The notes beneath the pieces are model-generated. The model made no database searches, had not been told where the DNA came from, and saw only the letters and a list, made by a program, of their open reading frames with translations. A stretch of DNA of 64,000 bases, taken from NCBI RefSeq assembly GCF_009914755.1, contig NC_060928.1; one strand, 5' to 3'. Below, one piece after another: positions 47,390 through 62,025 of this stretch (positions within the stretch are counted from its first letter, which is position 1; every line of letters starts with the position of its first letter). This DNA is from the human T2T-CHM13v2.0 reference genome, Homo sapiens. The position numbers and the translations under genes are program-made.

Positions 47390-47620
47390 AGGCATTCAAC
47401 ATTTTTTTATGAATATTTTTATTTTGTGCTAGAATCTGTGCTAGATGCTTGGAGTTAAGTAGCAAATTAGAGAGAAACCAGAAAACTGTTCCTATGGAGC
47501 TCAGAGATAAAGTGTATAAATTATACATGTGAATGACTGATAGAACCATGAGGAATTTAAACTAATATCACAGGAGTGAAGAAAGCAGAGAGGTTGTCTC
47601 ATGGCATAAATAACATTTAA
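47390..47620 (-). mobile_element. L2 3'-end fragment
   Basis: CATTCAACATTT...TGTGCTAGATGCTTGG...CCTATGGAGCTCA. Confidence 0.55.
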
Positions 47621-48145
47621 GTTGACCTTAGATACCATTTTCTGTACCCTCTAGTGCATTATACGCATTCTTCTGTCAGAGGACTCAACATCCTGTGATG
47701 TAATTATCCATCATTTTCATAAATGGAGGCTTCTCTAATTATAAATAACTCCTGTCATCTCTACACTTGTATTGATTAGCTTCTCATTTCTTCACTCCTC
47801 AACAGATTTTGAAGAGTGGAATATTGCCTTCTGTAATATTCTAAGTGTTGATAGTAAATTCCTAAGTATCATTTTTTTCTCTGAATATTATTTTATTTCA
47901 TGTTAACCTAAACCTTGATGCCCCCTCTTTTGGCATCAGATTTAAAGTAGAGACAGAACTTTCTCTCTTCAGCGATGAGAGTCAATACTAAAAATTGACA
48001 TTAGTAAACTAGTTTTTCTTTGATTGCTCCAAAATCTGTAATTTCTGTTTCTTTGAGCGAAACCTTCAACATCAAGCAGTGCCACATTCTACTAACTCGT
48101 TTGGGATAGTCAGGTGTAGATTTTGGTCCTCATAGAGGGCTCTAA

Positions 48146-48474
<329 letters not shown>

Positions 48475-49654
48475 CTTTATCACACTTTTCTTGACTACAT
48501 TGTCTATTTGCCCAGCCTTGAAACTTTGAATTATAATTAGTTCTTTGTTCAAGCCCTCAACTCCTTTTGTTACTTTGTCCTTCTTCCTTTCTTCCTGGGG
48601 AAACAAACAAACAAACAAACAAACACAAAAACCAACCTTAACCTGAAAGATTGGTCTTGTCCGAGTCTTTTTAAGCATGTGGGGATTGTTAAAGAAATCA
48701 CAACATTAAGACTGGGATTCATGCTATTCACTTTTATACAGGCTTTCACCAATGCCTGTGAATTTTAACATTTTTTTCTGAGACTTTTTTGTTCTCGGTG
48801 TTCTTTCCTCTCTTTTCTCAAATCTCACTCTCGTGTCCTTTCAAATTTCAAAGAAAATAACAGAAAACCTTATTTTAGTAGGGAGGGAAGAGAACTGAAA
48901 AGTATCTTCTTATCTGCTTCCCTCAAGTACTGATAGAGTAAGTGACTTTTTAAGTAATTCTCATTAAGTTTTAAATTAAGTTTATGCGAGTCTCATGACA
49001 TAGGTTCCCAGTCATTCAACATATTTTTCTTATTATCCCTTTTATTTGATTAGTATTTCTCTTATTTTTCTAGTTTTTTGGAGTAGCAACTCAGATTATT
49101 AATTTTCTGCTTTTTCTTTCAAATCATTTTCTTCCTTTATTCTTTCAAGTTGATTCACCTCTTTTATGTTTCTTCATCTTTTGTTTTTATTTTTGGGGGC
49201 TAGAAATTATATGATTTTCTGTTTTATCCTCTGTTGTCTCTTTACTTCTATATTCTTGTATTGGTTTCCCTAGATAATAATTTATTTCATTGAATGACAA
49301 TTTGATACAAGACTTAGTTGTTCAAAATATTATTCTTTTTCCATCATTTTCACATCTCTTACATGTGAAAATTGTTTTATATCTTTCTCTCTGATTTTTG
49401 TTTGCACACTTTCTATTAACTGGCTTTCTTTGTCCGTTCATCATGTTTCTGATTTTATGTACCATCCTGTCAAAAACTATGAAATTGACAAAACATGGCC
49501 TTATATACTAGACAGAGTTTGAAGACAGAACTGACAGATATTGCTGATGAATTTGATGTGGATGTTCCATAGAGATCTCTGCATGGTAAAATATATCAAA
49601 GCTTATTAAATACCGTTAGTTGGAAATGAAAAAAAAAATATGTGGAATACGAAA

Positions 49655-50124
49655 TGTTAAAAAAATACTCAGTGACACTTGTTAAAGCACAGTAAGGAAG
49701 ACCTGATTCAGGAGCATTGGAATAGGCATAGGGGCAACGGCAGTAGGGTCTGGAAGTAGGGGAGAGAGACTGGACTTAACTCAGAACACAGCTTGAGCAA
49801 GTGGGAATTTATAGCCAAGAAGCAGGGTGGCAGGGGTCGCGAAGGTCAATGGATAAAAAATTACTAAGATGAGACATTATGGGTAAGGGATATTCAGGCT
49901 AAACTGACCTAATAAGATTTTTGCTGAAGATAGGCTAGGGTGTTCAGACATTATCTGGGGGATGGTGGTGGATGAGAATCCTGATCAGATATGGAAGATG
50001 ATCAGGTATTGAAGATGGGGGTGTCTTGCTACACAAGATTTAGCAGGATTCTTTGCTAAAGCTTGATTTTACAAGGAAATGCACAAATGAGCCTAGCAGA
50101 ACATTCAGAAGTCTAACGTTTGGC
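49655..50124 (-). mobile_element. MER31/MER67-group ERV1 LTR, extreme 5' end missing
   Basis: Reverse complement begins CCAAACGTTAGACTTCTGAA...CCTTGTAAAATC...TTAGCAAAGAATCCTGCTAA and ends TTTAACAAGTGTCA...TTTTAACA. Confidence 0.7.
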
Positions 50125-50134
50125 TGCCTATTGG

Positions 50135-50203
50135 GGGGACCCTGAATAAAGTCTTTCTTGCTATGTTTGAACAAGTATCACTGAATAATTTCTCTTCAAT
50201 ACA
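50135..50203 (+). mobile_element. 3' terminus of a related MER31/MER67-type LTR in opposite orientation
   Basis: AATAAAGTCTTTCTT...AACAAGTATCACTGAATAATTT; 38/47 identical to the reverse complement of 49666-49712. Confidence 0.65.
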
Positions 50204-50749
50204 AAGAGAATAGTTAACAACATACATACATTAAAGTATGTCATTATTATGCAGTAATAAAGTTAATATTCAATATCATGTGAGAATACTAGCATATAAT
50301 CACTATAAGAAGAATAAACACAAATCTTCATTAAAACATTGATGTCCTTTTGATTCTGTGAGGCATTCTTCTGATTAGACTTGATATATAAATAATTTGG
50401 AGCCTTAAATAGTGCCTTTTGTTAAAACTGCTAAATGAGATCAACTCATAATTAAGTCTATTCATTGATCAATATTAATTCATATTATTGTTAAAATTAC
50501 AGTTTTTATCCCCACATAAAACTCAGCCTCACAGAAATGTTTTAGTTCTACATAATGAGCAATAGTACTTACAAAAATTTATTTTACTCTGGTATAATAC
50601 TGTATTTGTCAGTTTCTAATAATTTATACAACCGTGGCAAGTCTGCATGAAACTTATGAGTAGTTGATAATTTCTTAAATCAAGATGACCTAAAAAGTTT
50701 ATTTATTTAAAATAAGAATGGGGGAACCATGTTTTTAAAATGTGCTGTT

Positions 50750-51499
<750 letters not shown>

Positions 51500-51653
51500 C
51501 ATTGAAAGTCTTTTTATGTTATTTCCTAAATTCGGAGCAAACACGTCTTTCCCTTCCCAGAGTATGAAAAGACAGAGATGATTTTTTCAAAGGAATACAT
51601 AGTATCACATTAGATATTTAACATAATTTATATTTTTAAATGTAAAAAAAATA

Positions 51654-52085
51654 TGTTTTGGTTAGCTACTGCAGTGTGATAAAACACCACACACCCACAG
51701 AGTTTAATATCTTAAAACAACAGCGATTCATATGGTTCTGTGGGTCAGAAATTTGGGCTGGACCTAACTGACAGTTCTGTTTGGTCTGAAGAGGCTTAGC
51801 TGAACTGGACTGGAGTTCAACCATCCATTTGCAGTAAACTGCTGGGACTATTGGAACTTTCCATCTTCTGGATGCCTGCATTCTCTTCCACATGGTCATT
51901 CATCTTCCAACACGCTAGCTCAGACTGGTAGACATAGTCAGGGGAACCTAAGTTCAGCAAAAGATGGCATATCCAAGTGAAAATAATGTTCCACTACTCT
52001 GTTTTGTCATATTTTTAAATGTCTCATTGGCCAAAGAAAGTCACATGACAAATCCATATTCAAGGGGTGGAAAAATATTGCCATT
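51654..52085 (-). mobile_element. Old MLT1 (H/I/J-like) LTR
   Basis: CTTAAAACAACAGC...TTCTGTGGGTCAGAAATTTGGGC and CATTGGCCAAAGAAAGTCACATG. Confidence 0.7.
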
Positions 52086-53342
52086 ATTTTTATTGAACAA
52101 AATTTAACCCATGAATTTTTATTTATTTTAAAAATTCACCATTTTAAGATATGAAAAATAATATTCTATTATTTACACTGAGACAAGATAAATTAGAGTA
52201 AGAATATAAGAATCTACTACTAGCCTTGTTGTGTAAACACAGATTATTTGTAAAATTTAAAAAGTATTAATTCTAATATGATGGTGGCTTTTAATGCACT
52301 AGTAGTTTTTTTAACCTTTTAGAACACATTAGAGATATAAGCAGTCTCAATAAAAAGCTGATTTTATAGTATATGTTACATGTAAAATATGTTTCATCCA
52401 TTTCAAAGTATTTGTCTGAAATTTATTTAAATGAATACAAAATTTTATCATTAAATTACAATTATTTACTATATTTCTATTCTCACTTTATAAATGGTAT
52501 CTGGAAAATATATTTTTTCTTCATGATTTTCAAAATTCTATTATATCAAATGAAAAGAGAGAGTGATCCTTAACATAATTAACATGAATATTTTTATTTA
52601 TTAGTCTCATGGTGATTTGAAGATGTTAAACAGTTAAATTTCAAATTTAGCATTTATTTTTTAAACAATGTAAACTATATTGGTAGAGGTTCTATCTTAA
52701 TCTCTACCTTTCCCTTAACAACTTTTGCCAAAATTATAAAACTAAGATGTTCAACTCCTAAAGAAATTGAACATGCTGATGTTGAAGAAGACTTTTGGTT
52801 TTGTTTGCCATCTGGTTACTGTGGAAACTATACTCTTGGAAATTAACTGCATTGCTGAGTTTGAGCATGCACCATGGAAACCAGGGAAGAGAAATTCACC
52901 TGTATGACAGAAGATTGCTGAAAATGTAGGGAGTAGAGGTAGGAGAAAGCAGGGACATTACATATGTTCATTTATAACTTCTATTTTTTATTGGAAAGCT
53001 TTGAGCTAATTAACACACTATAATATGATACTTAGAATTGAAGGAGAGCTGGTAGCTTTCATAATATCTGACCTAGTTCCCACATCAGAAGAGTAATAGT
53101 ATAATTATTATGATGATTAAAATATTCAAAACACCTAAAGAGGTCCTGGTCTTCATTGAACTGTAATCAAGAGTTCACACTGCTTTTGCATTATCTCAAA
53201 ATATAATCACTTTAGGAAATATCAAACATGTGCAAACAAAATGTGACATTCAGAAAGAAATTCACTTGCTTGTTTTATCTTTTTGAATTTATTATTTAGA
53301 TATGTAATATAATGTTCTCTTCAAGTCAACTCACAATCACAG

Positions 53343-53768
53343 TAATATAGTTTGGATGTTTATCCCATCCAAGTCTCATATGAAATATGATGCTCAAAGT
53401 TGGATGTGGGGCCTAATGGAAGGTGTTTGGGTCATGGGGCAGATTCTTCTTGAATGGCTTGGTGCCTTCCCTGTGGTAATGAGTGAGTTCTTGCTGTTAG
53501 TTCAGATGAGAACTGGTTGTTTAAAGGACCATGGAACCCGGCACCTCCACCTCTCTTTTTCTCTTGCTCCCTTTCTTGCCTTATTAAAAGCCAAATCCTC
53601 CTTTGCCTTCTGCATGGCTGTAAGCTTTCTGAGGCCTCACCGGAGGTAGCTGCTGGCACTGTGTTTCTTGTGTAGCCTGCAGATCTGTGAGCCAATTTAA
53701 CCTCTTTTCATTATAAATTACCCAGTCTCAAGTATTCCTTGATAGCCGTGCAAATGGATTCATAGACA
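53343..53768 (+). mobile_element. MSTB MaLR solo LTR
   Basis: ATAGTTTGGATGTTT...GTGTTTGGGTCATGGGGCAGAT...ATAAATTACCCAGTCTC...AGACA. Confidence 0.85.
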
Positions 53769-53829
53769 CAGGTTTTGATAAAACTAAGACTCTGATGTGT
53801 TTATCAGAATCTTGAAGATGTCCTCTTCC

Positions 53830-54412
53830 TTAGGTTCTTCAATAAAAGACCAATGTAGGTAGACTTGCAAAGTGATTTGCAGATAAAAATTAAGATTATT
53901 AAACAGCTGAGCTTAATATAGGGATAATACCCTGAATTATATGCATGGGCTTATTTAAGGCACATGAGCCATTCAAAGCAGCAGAAGAGGGCTAAGGGGT
54001 GAGTCTGAGAAATGTGGCAGAAGACGGGAACAGCAAGGGAGGGCAGAAAGGGAGGTCAGAGAGAATCAAAGCATGAGAAGGACTTGACCATGGCTTTGAA
54101 GATGAAAGAAATTAACAATAAGCCAAGGAATTAAGTAGGCCCCATGAGGTTCCCAATGACTACCAACTGACAGCCAAGAAGAAAATAATAAACTCAATCC
54201 TGTATGAAATCCAATTATGCCAAAAACCTGGATGAGCAAGTAAACAGATTCTCCCCTAGAGCCTCCAGAAGAAACATGTTGATGTTGGTTTTCTACTATA
54301 CACAACAGATAACCCAACAGAGCCTACTCAGCCACTGACATTCGAATTGTGAGATAATAAATTTGTTTTAAGTTTGTGATAATTTGTTATGTCAGCAATA
54401 AAAAATCAAGAT
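53830..54412 (+). mobile_element. MLT1E-like MaLR LTR
   Basis: GATTTGCAGAT...TTAAG, CAGATTCTCCCCTAGAGCCTCCAGAA, GTGAGATAATAAATTTG...AATTTGTTATG; 5' end approximate. Confidence 0.75.
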
Positions 54413-54609
54413 AATTACTTTGGAATTTTATTGAACACATTTAATCTGTTATTATGCTTTTAATTTGTTAATTTATGAATCTCTATTGTGTTATTCTGTT
54501 TATCGATTTTTGATAGATATGGGGGGAGAGAGAGAGAGATGTTTTTACAGTTGTAATTAAATACATATCTGTCTGCTATTTTCCTTTTTTTTTATACCGG
54601 TTACCCTTG

Positions 54610-54730
54610 CGAGAAAGAATGCTTCACAATAGGATGGATAATATCTTCATTGTTCAACACTGTATACTACACAACAAGCAAAGATCTTGAAAATGAAAAA
54701 ATGTTTGGTTAATAAATTAATGAATGAATG
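54610..54730 (+). mobile_element. L2 3' end
   Basis: TTGTTCAACACTGTAT... ending in a (TGAA)n tail. Confidence 0.5.
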
Positions 54731-55741
54731 GTGGAAACGTATGTTACAAAAGATATATTTGACACTATGCACTCAAATATAAGAAGAAGGAATGTGAACT
54801 ATAAGTTTATAACAATATAGAAAGCAGTAAAAACCATGGGATTTCGGAGAAGTTAGTTTCTGTATTTCTTTAACTGAATTAGTAAACTTTTTTGAGTAAT
54901 GGTAAAGATGCTTCTACTAAAAATATTAGCATATTTACAATAAGAGATGCTATGGGCAGTGTCCAAGGCAGAGGAAAATTCATGAATAAAAACAATATGT
55001 GTATGTTTTTAAAGGTTATTTATAATTTCCATTGGGAACCTGAGAGAGTTTACACTGTAGTGGCCCTTAACATAAACTCTGTTTATGCTACACAAGATTC
55101 AGTTTACAAGGAAAAACCACTGAGGTTTTTTACTATTTACTGTGCAAATTTTGAAAACATCTCTAAACTTTTCAGCCTACATTTAAATGTAATTATTCAA
55201 AATTATTAGTTTTTTTTCTTAATATGTACAATGTTTTACATAAAAACATACTTCACTGGCTGAATGACCATCATCAAAGTATTTGTTTGTTTGTTTTTGT
55301 TTTAGAGGTATTTAAAATATTTAAAACAAGAAGTTGGGATTGGGATTTATATCACATTTACTCTAGGACTGAAATGCAGTATTTTACATTCGCACTAGAG
55401 AAGAACAACTACTATCTTTTTTATTTCTAAAAGAGAGTGGTAGTGATTGATATGTGGGGTGCTGTAATATATACATTTATTCCAAAAATCTACTCACATT
55501 TGCTTATAATTTAAAAACTCTGAATTTATTGAAAACATATACAAATGTATCCATAAAATAAAATATTGTTGATATAACCAAAATAGTGTCTATATAACCA
55601 CATTATTTTAAGAGTTTTAGCATTTATATAGAAAGTTTGAGTGGTTACATAAACTTATGCACTCACTACGTTTCTTTAGTTTTTCCATAGTTGATCAAGT
55701 GGCATAAACTATGAAACCAAAGCCCAGTCAAAGAGAACTGC

Positions 55742-57967
55742 TGTATTTGTCCACCCTCACACTGTTATGAATAAATACCCAAGAATTAGTAATTTATAAA
55801 GAAAAGAGGTTTATTTGACTCACAGTTCTGCATGGAAGAGGAGGCCTCAGGAAACTTATAATCATGGCAGAAGTTTCCTTTTGATAGGGTGGCAGGAGAG
55901 AGAATGAATGTAAGCAGGGGAATGGCCAGACACTTAAATAAACATTGATCTCATGAGACACACTCATTATTATGAGAATAGCATGGGGTACGCCACCCTC
56001 ATGGTTCAGTTATTTCCACCTGTTCTGTCCTTAACAGGTGGGAATTATGGGGATTAAAATTCAAGGTGAGATTTAGGTGGTGACACAGAGCCAAACTATA
56101 TCATTTAGACCCTGAACCCTCACAAACCTCATGTCCTCACATTTTAAAACACAATCATGTCCTTCCAACAGTTACCCAAAGTCTTAACTCATGCCAGCAT
56201 TAACCCAAAAGTCCAAGTCCAAAGTCTCACCTGAAACAAGGCAAGTCTCTTCCACTTACAAGCCTGTAAAATCAAAAGCAAGTTGGTTACTTCCTAGATA
56301 CAATGGGGGTACAGGCACTGGGTAAATATACCTGTTCCAAATCAGAGAAATTGGTCAAAACAAAGAAGCTAGAGGTCCCACGCAAATCTGAAATCCAATA
56401 GGGTAGTAATTAAACATTAAATTTCCAAAATGGTCTCCTTTGACTGGATGCCTCACATCCAGGTCATGCTGATACAAGAAGTGGGCTCCCATGGCCTTGG
56501 ACAACTTTGCCTTGTGGCTTTGCAGAGTACAAACCCCCTCCTGGCTGCTTTCAAGGGCTGGCATTGAGTGCCTGCAGCTTTTCCAGGCACAAGGTGCAAG
56601 CTGTCAGTGGGTCTACCATTCCGCGGAGTCTGGAGGACACTGACCCTCTTCTCACAGCTCCACTAGGCTGTGCCCCATCGGGGACTTGGATTGGGGGTCC
56701 AACCCCACATTTCCCTTCCACACTGATCTAGCAGTGGTTCTCCATGAGGGCTTTGCCCCTGCAGCAAGCTTCTACCTGGACTTCCAGATATTCCCACACA
56801 TCCTTTGAAGTCTAAGTGGAGGTTCCCAAACCTCAATTCTTTACTTTTGTGCACCTGCAGGCTCTATGCCACGTGTAAGTCATCAAGGCTTAGAGCTTTC
56901 ACTCTCTGAAGCCATGGCCTGAGCTGTAATTTGGCTCCTTTTAGCCATGGTTGGAGCAGCTGAGACACAGGGCACCAAGTCCCTAGGCTGCACACAGCAG
57001 GAGGGGCCTCGTCCTTGGCCAGGAAACCATTTTTTCCTCCTAGGCCTCTAGGCCCATGATGGGAGGCACTGCCAACCCACTGAACATGCCCTGGAGACAT
57101 TTTCTCCATTGTCTTGGTGATTAACATTTGGCTCCTCATTACTTATGCTAATTTCTGCCTTTGGCTTTGATTTCTTCTCAGAAAATGGGTTTTTCTTTTC
57201 TATTGCATTGTCAGACTGCAAATTTTCCAAATTTTTATGCTTTGCTTCCTCTTGAATGCTTTGCAGCTTAGAAATTTATTCTGCCAGATACCCTAAATCA
57301 TCTCTCTCAAGTTCAAAGTTCCACAGACCTCTAGGGTAGTGGCAAAATGCCACCAGTCTCTTTGCTAAAGCATAACAAGAGTCACCTTTGCTCCAGTTCC
57401 CAACAAGTTCCTCATCTCCATCTAAGACCACCTCAGCCTGGACTGATATTACTATCAGCATTTTGGTCAAAGCCATTCAATAAGTCTCTAGGAGGTTCCA
57501 AACTTTCCCACATCTTTGTGTCTTCTCAGCACCACAAGTCTCTAGGAAGTTCCACACTTTCTTACATTTTCCTGTCTTCTTCTAAGCCCTCCAAACTGTT
57601 CCAACCTCTTCCTGTTATCCAGTTCCAAAGTTGCTTCCACATTTTTGGCTATCCTTATAGCAGTACCTCATGCTACTGGCACCAATTTACTGTATTAGTT
57701 CATTCTCACACTGCTAATCAAGACATACCCGATACTGGGTAATTTATAAAGGAAAAGAGTCCTCAGGTAACTGACCTTATTAAAGGGGAAAAGCTCCTTT
57801 AAAAACCATCAGATCTCTTGTGACACACTCATTATCACAAGAACAGCATGGGGAAAACCATTCCTATGATACAATTACCTCCATCTGGTCCTGCCCTTGA
57901 CTTGTAGGGATTATGGGGATTACAATCCAATGGGAGATTTGGGTGGGGACACAGCCAAACCATATGA
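55742..57967 (-). mobile_element. Full THE1 (C/D) MaLR provirus: 5'LTR 57691-57967, internal 56104-57690, 3'LTR 55742-56103
   Basis: Two LTRs flank about 1.59 kb of THE1-int starting (minus strand) GTAAATTGGTGCCAGTAG; TSD ACTGC/ACTGT. Confidence 0.95.
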
Positions 57968-58725
57968 ACTGTGTCCTAAACTACTCTGCAAAATCTTTAC
58001 TTCTTGGTATAATCCACAGAAATCGTGGAGACAAGTTTAAGCTGCAAGTCGTATTTCTTGATATTGAAGCTTCTGTTTGCTCATTGGCAATGTTTTCTTT
58101 CAGGCCTATAGGAAGATTTCTTCACTTTTTAAAAAAAATAACGGCCCAATTTTTTATATTAGATTTTAATGCAGGTGTATTTTCTCTAAAATATTTTATT
58201 TCCTTAAATAAGGCACATTGTGGAGCCAATAATGACATGTAGTAGGTGGCCAAATGATCATTATTTGCATTTTCTGCTTTTCTTGCTAATGCAGATACTT
58301 TTTAAGGCAGTCTCTTTTTTATACTGAGCTTGTTAACTATCTCCTTAATTCAGCCTTTTTTCCGGGAGAGAATTAGTATCTATAAAACAGCCTCCATTAT
58401 TTCCAAAGATGTCTATAATTTGTATATAACTATTTTTGTAAAATAACTAAAATTTGATGTTACAGTTGCTATAGATTCTCAATATATGACCACAAATTTG
58501 GAAAATGCAGTGATAATTTGTTGGCTTATTGATTCATCTAATTATATTTGACATCTCCCAAAATACATTACAAACTCCCTCCTGGAAACTGAAGAATATG
58601 TTTTATTTTGCTATGTATGCAGCACACAAGTAGGCATAAGTTAACTGTTACCTTTCAGATACAGATGTCTCCTCTTGTTGCCAAATGCCTATGTATGCCT
58701 TGATCTCTTCCTATTTACCCTATTT

Positions 58726-59195
58726 GTGAGGAGAGGATTCATGCCCTAGGGTTATGGGGAACACAGGAAACCTGACGCTAGACAGCTGAGATGACAGCAG
58801 TTTATTAGTCACATATACTCAAAAGCCCCGGGGATGAAGCAACTGCATACCACAAAGAGCCACACATGAGTTATACTCAGGAACAAAGTGAACAGCCATA
58901 GCATTCGGGAGGCAGGCTTTGTTCCATCAGGAGGAAGAGAAAGCCCTGGTTCCCAACAGAGGCAGTGATTAACTTGCTTGAATAATTCCATGGGCTGGCA
59001 GGGACCTCAAGCCCTCTACCCAGAGATAAGAATGAGCCTGTGCCTGGTCTCCATGATAAGGAGGATCATTTGGCTAAAGGACCTCCTATGTAGGGGCAGA
59101 GCTGGAAGGGGAACTTGCGATGAGGCTATTCTAGGCTTTCCTAATTTCTCTCATGGCACACATAATACTGGGCCATGATTTTAGGCCTAATAGAA
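58726..59195 (-). mobile_element. ERVL LTR, MER70-like
   Basis: GACAGCAGTTTATTAGTCACATATACTCA (minus-strand AATAAA) and GGGAGGCAGGCTTTGT; family name from recall. Confidence 0.6.
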
Positions 59196-59659
59196 CTGAA
59201 TGTCAGCAAATGATCTTACAGGCTGTGGAATTCTTCATTACTTTGTGCTGTTGATTTCTATTCTATAAATCTTCCCAATACAAGTTTCTCATTGGCGTAC
59301 TCAGACCACTGAGAAAGCACCAAAGGAAGGACTGGCCATGCTTCCCTCACCTACCATTTTGAGAAGGACACAGATTATCTCTCCAGGTAAACCCCTGGAG
59401 ATTGTTCTTCCAGAAGGGTATCAAAATTAGATCTTTGAGAAGAGAGCTTCAGCATTAAGTGTTGTTATATTGCTCACTAAACCTGATATTTAAAGAACTT
59501 AAAAGTTAGGCTGCAACCTAACTTATTTCCCACTTTCATGAAGCCCATATAACCTATTCAAATTATTTCTCTTATGATCTCTTAAGCAAGTTTTAATCTT
59601 CCCTAATGTTAGGTCAAATATGATTATGCTTCCATGCTTGTAAAATCTCTGCTGCATGA

Positions 59660-59790
59660 ATAATCTCTTTCGTCCTCATTTCCTTGTGTATGTAAAATAG
59701 AGAAATAATGTTAGAGTATTTTTTTGTTGGTGAAGATTAAATGAAATTAGTGGATTTAAATTGCTTATTACAGTGTTATACAGATTATAA
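59660..59790 (+). mobile_element. MIR fragment
   Basis: CCTCATTTCCTTGTGTATGTAAAATAG...GTGAAGATTAAATGAAAT. Confidence 0.6.
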
Positions 59791-59949
59791 ATTATATGGA
59801 ATATTATTTCCACTAATACTGTCCCAATGTCTAGACAAAGGTTAGGAAAAAATCAATGATGCATTGCCGTTGCTTATTTAGATTAACATTAAATCGCAAA
59901 AACATAACTTTCTCATATATCTACCTACTGAAAAACTAAACAGCCATTA

Positions 59950-60212
<263 letters not shown>

Positions 60213-60225
<13 letters not shown>

Positions 60226-60337
60226 GGAAAGAAAGGAAGGGAGGGAGTGAGGGAGGGAGGAAGGAAGGAAGGAAGGAAGGAAAAGAAAGAAAGAGAGAAA
60301 AAAAGAAAGGGAAAGAAAGAAAGAAAGAAAAGAGAAA
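60213..60337 (+). repeat. Polypurine (GGAA/GGGA/GAAA)n tract from the Alu tail
   Basis: About 125 nt of almost exclusively A/G. Confidence 0.92.
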
Positions 60338-60754
60338 TGTAAATGAATAATGTGTCTCTTTTTAAAATAATATTAGCACTGATAAAATATTTAGTTATAT
60401 CATAACATGAAAGTAAATATAAATGTAACAAACAGAATGTGATTGAAACCCTAGGGTTGAAGATTGCTTACATAGGAAAAAAAACTGAAAGAATAAACGA
60501 TAAGATGTTTCTTTACATGATAACTACCTTATGCTAGTTTTGCTCCTTTATTGCTTCATAGTCTCTAATTTACAAATTTTCTAATTTTTCAAAGTATACC
60601 ATCATATTATTCTAATTTGTTCTTAAACCCTTACCAAGTCATTTTACTTTCTGGAGGTGGCACATTTCTTTGAATTGTTAAAGGTTTTTGTTCTATGTTT
60701 CAGTCACTTATTGATTACTCACATATTTTCTTTTTATTTTGCCTATTTGTGGTA

Positions 60755-61268
60755 GAGATGTTTTGATCATCAATGACATCCTAAAAACTTGGTGGATTTA
60801 AAAGTAATTATTGCATTACATGATTTTGTGGATACAGAATCCAGATGGTATTTTATTGTGTAATCCTGATTGTCACCTGGAGTCAGGAGCTAGACTTCTG
60901 TTGGCTGCTGAGCTGGGCTGGAGGATCCAAGGCAGTTTGCTCATACGTATGGCTGGCACTGGTGTTGGAGATGGCTTGAAGACTGGAGTCAGCTTGCCTC
61001 ATTCCCATGTAGTCTCATGGCCCCACCACATCATCTCCTAGGATATCCATATGTCTTACGGGCTGCCTGCAGGATGGTCCCTAAGACAAAGTTGTATGCT
61101 GCCAGAACTCTTAAGAGTGTGACCTGGAACTGCCATGACATTACCTCCACTATCCTCTATTGATTGAAACACTTGCAGGTCTTCTTACATTACAGGATGA
61201 GGGAGACATAGCTCACTTCTTAGAGAACAGAAAATAGAATATTAAGAGGCATCTCTAATTCTATGCAG
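60755..61268 (-). mobile_element. Old MLT1 (H/I/J-like) LTR
   Basis: AAAACTTGGTGG, GGGCTGGAGGATCCAAG...CTCATACGTATGGCTGGCA and CCTGGAACTG...CTATTG. Confidence 0.6.
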
Positions 61269-62025
61269 GATGATATTCTATACTGTAAGAATGAACATTT
61301 ACTATGATTCTGATAACTTTTGTTAACTTCTGTTGCTTTATATTATACATGTGTTTTCAATATACTTTATTTATCTTACTAAATACTTAAGTATTACAAG
61401 AAGGTTGAAAAGTACTACTATGTATGGATCACCACTTTGGGATGTTTGAGTTGTTGTGATAATAAATAGCACCCTCTTGCCTTTCCAAATTCTATACGGA
61501 TTGAGTATAGGGTGTCAGCAGATGAAGAGTGATAAACAACTCTACTACCCGGAAATCTGATATGGAAGGTTAGGGCTGAGATTTGTGCAGTTAGATTTCA
61601 TAAAATTCAACCCCAGAATTAGTCAGACTTACTCATAATGGCAGGGGCAAGTACCATTCCCTGCAGGGCCAAAAAGCAGATCACAGTATATGTTCTGTGC
61701 TTTCAATCCAGCTCTCAAGAGAAATGAGAGAATTGGGAATAGGTCTCACATGCTGAGTTTCTCACTTCTCTTTCCAAAAAAAAAGATTGTTTATATTGAT
61801 GAAGAGATGCCAGAGGGGGTGGACAAAAAGGAGTGCACATGAAGGAATCCCTACAATATTTGCCAATGAGATTATCACAATCAAAAAGGTTTAAAGATTT
61901 TCACAAGACATCATCAAAGGTAGCAAGTTGCAGACTGAGACCTTGAATCTAGATCTGAGTCTAATACCTTAAACTATTTGCAACATGATACAATCACACT
62001 TTAGAAGAAACTTTGATATGGAAGA

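Noticed and set aside
57482-57592. 54-bp tandem duplication in THE1-int
   Set aside because: The copies are diverged and I recall this duplication in other THE1 internal sequences, so it is probably inherited from the source element.
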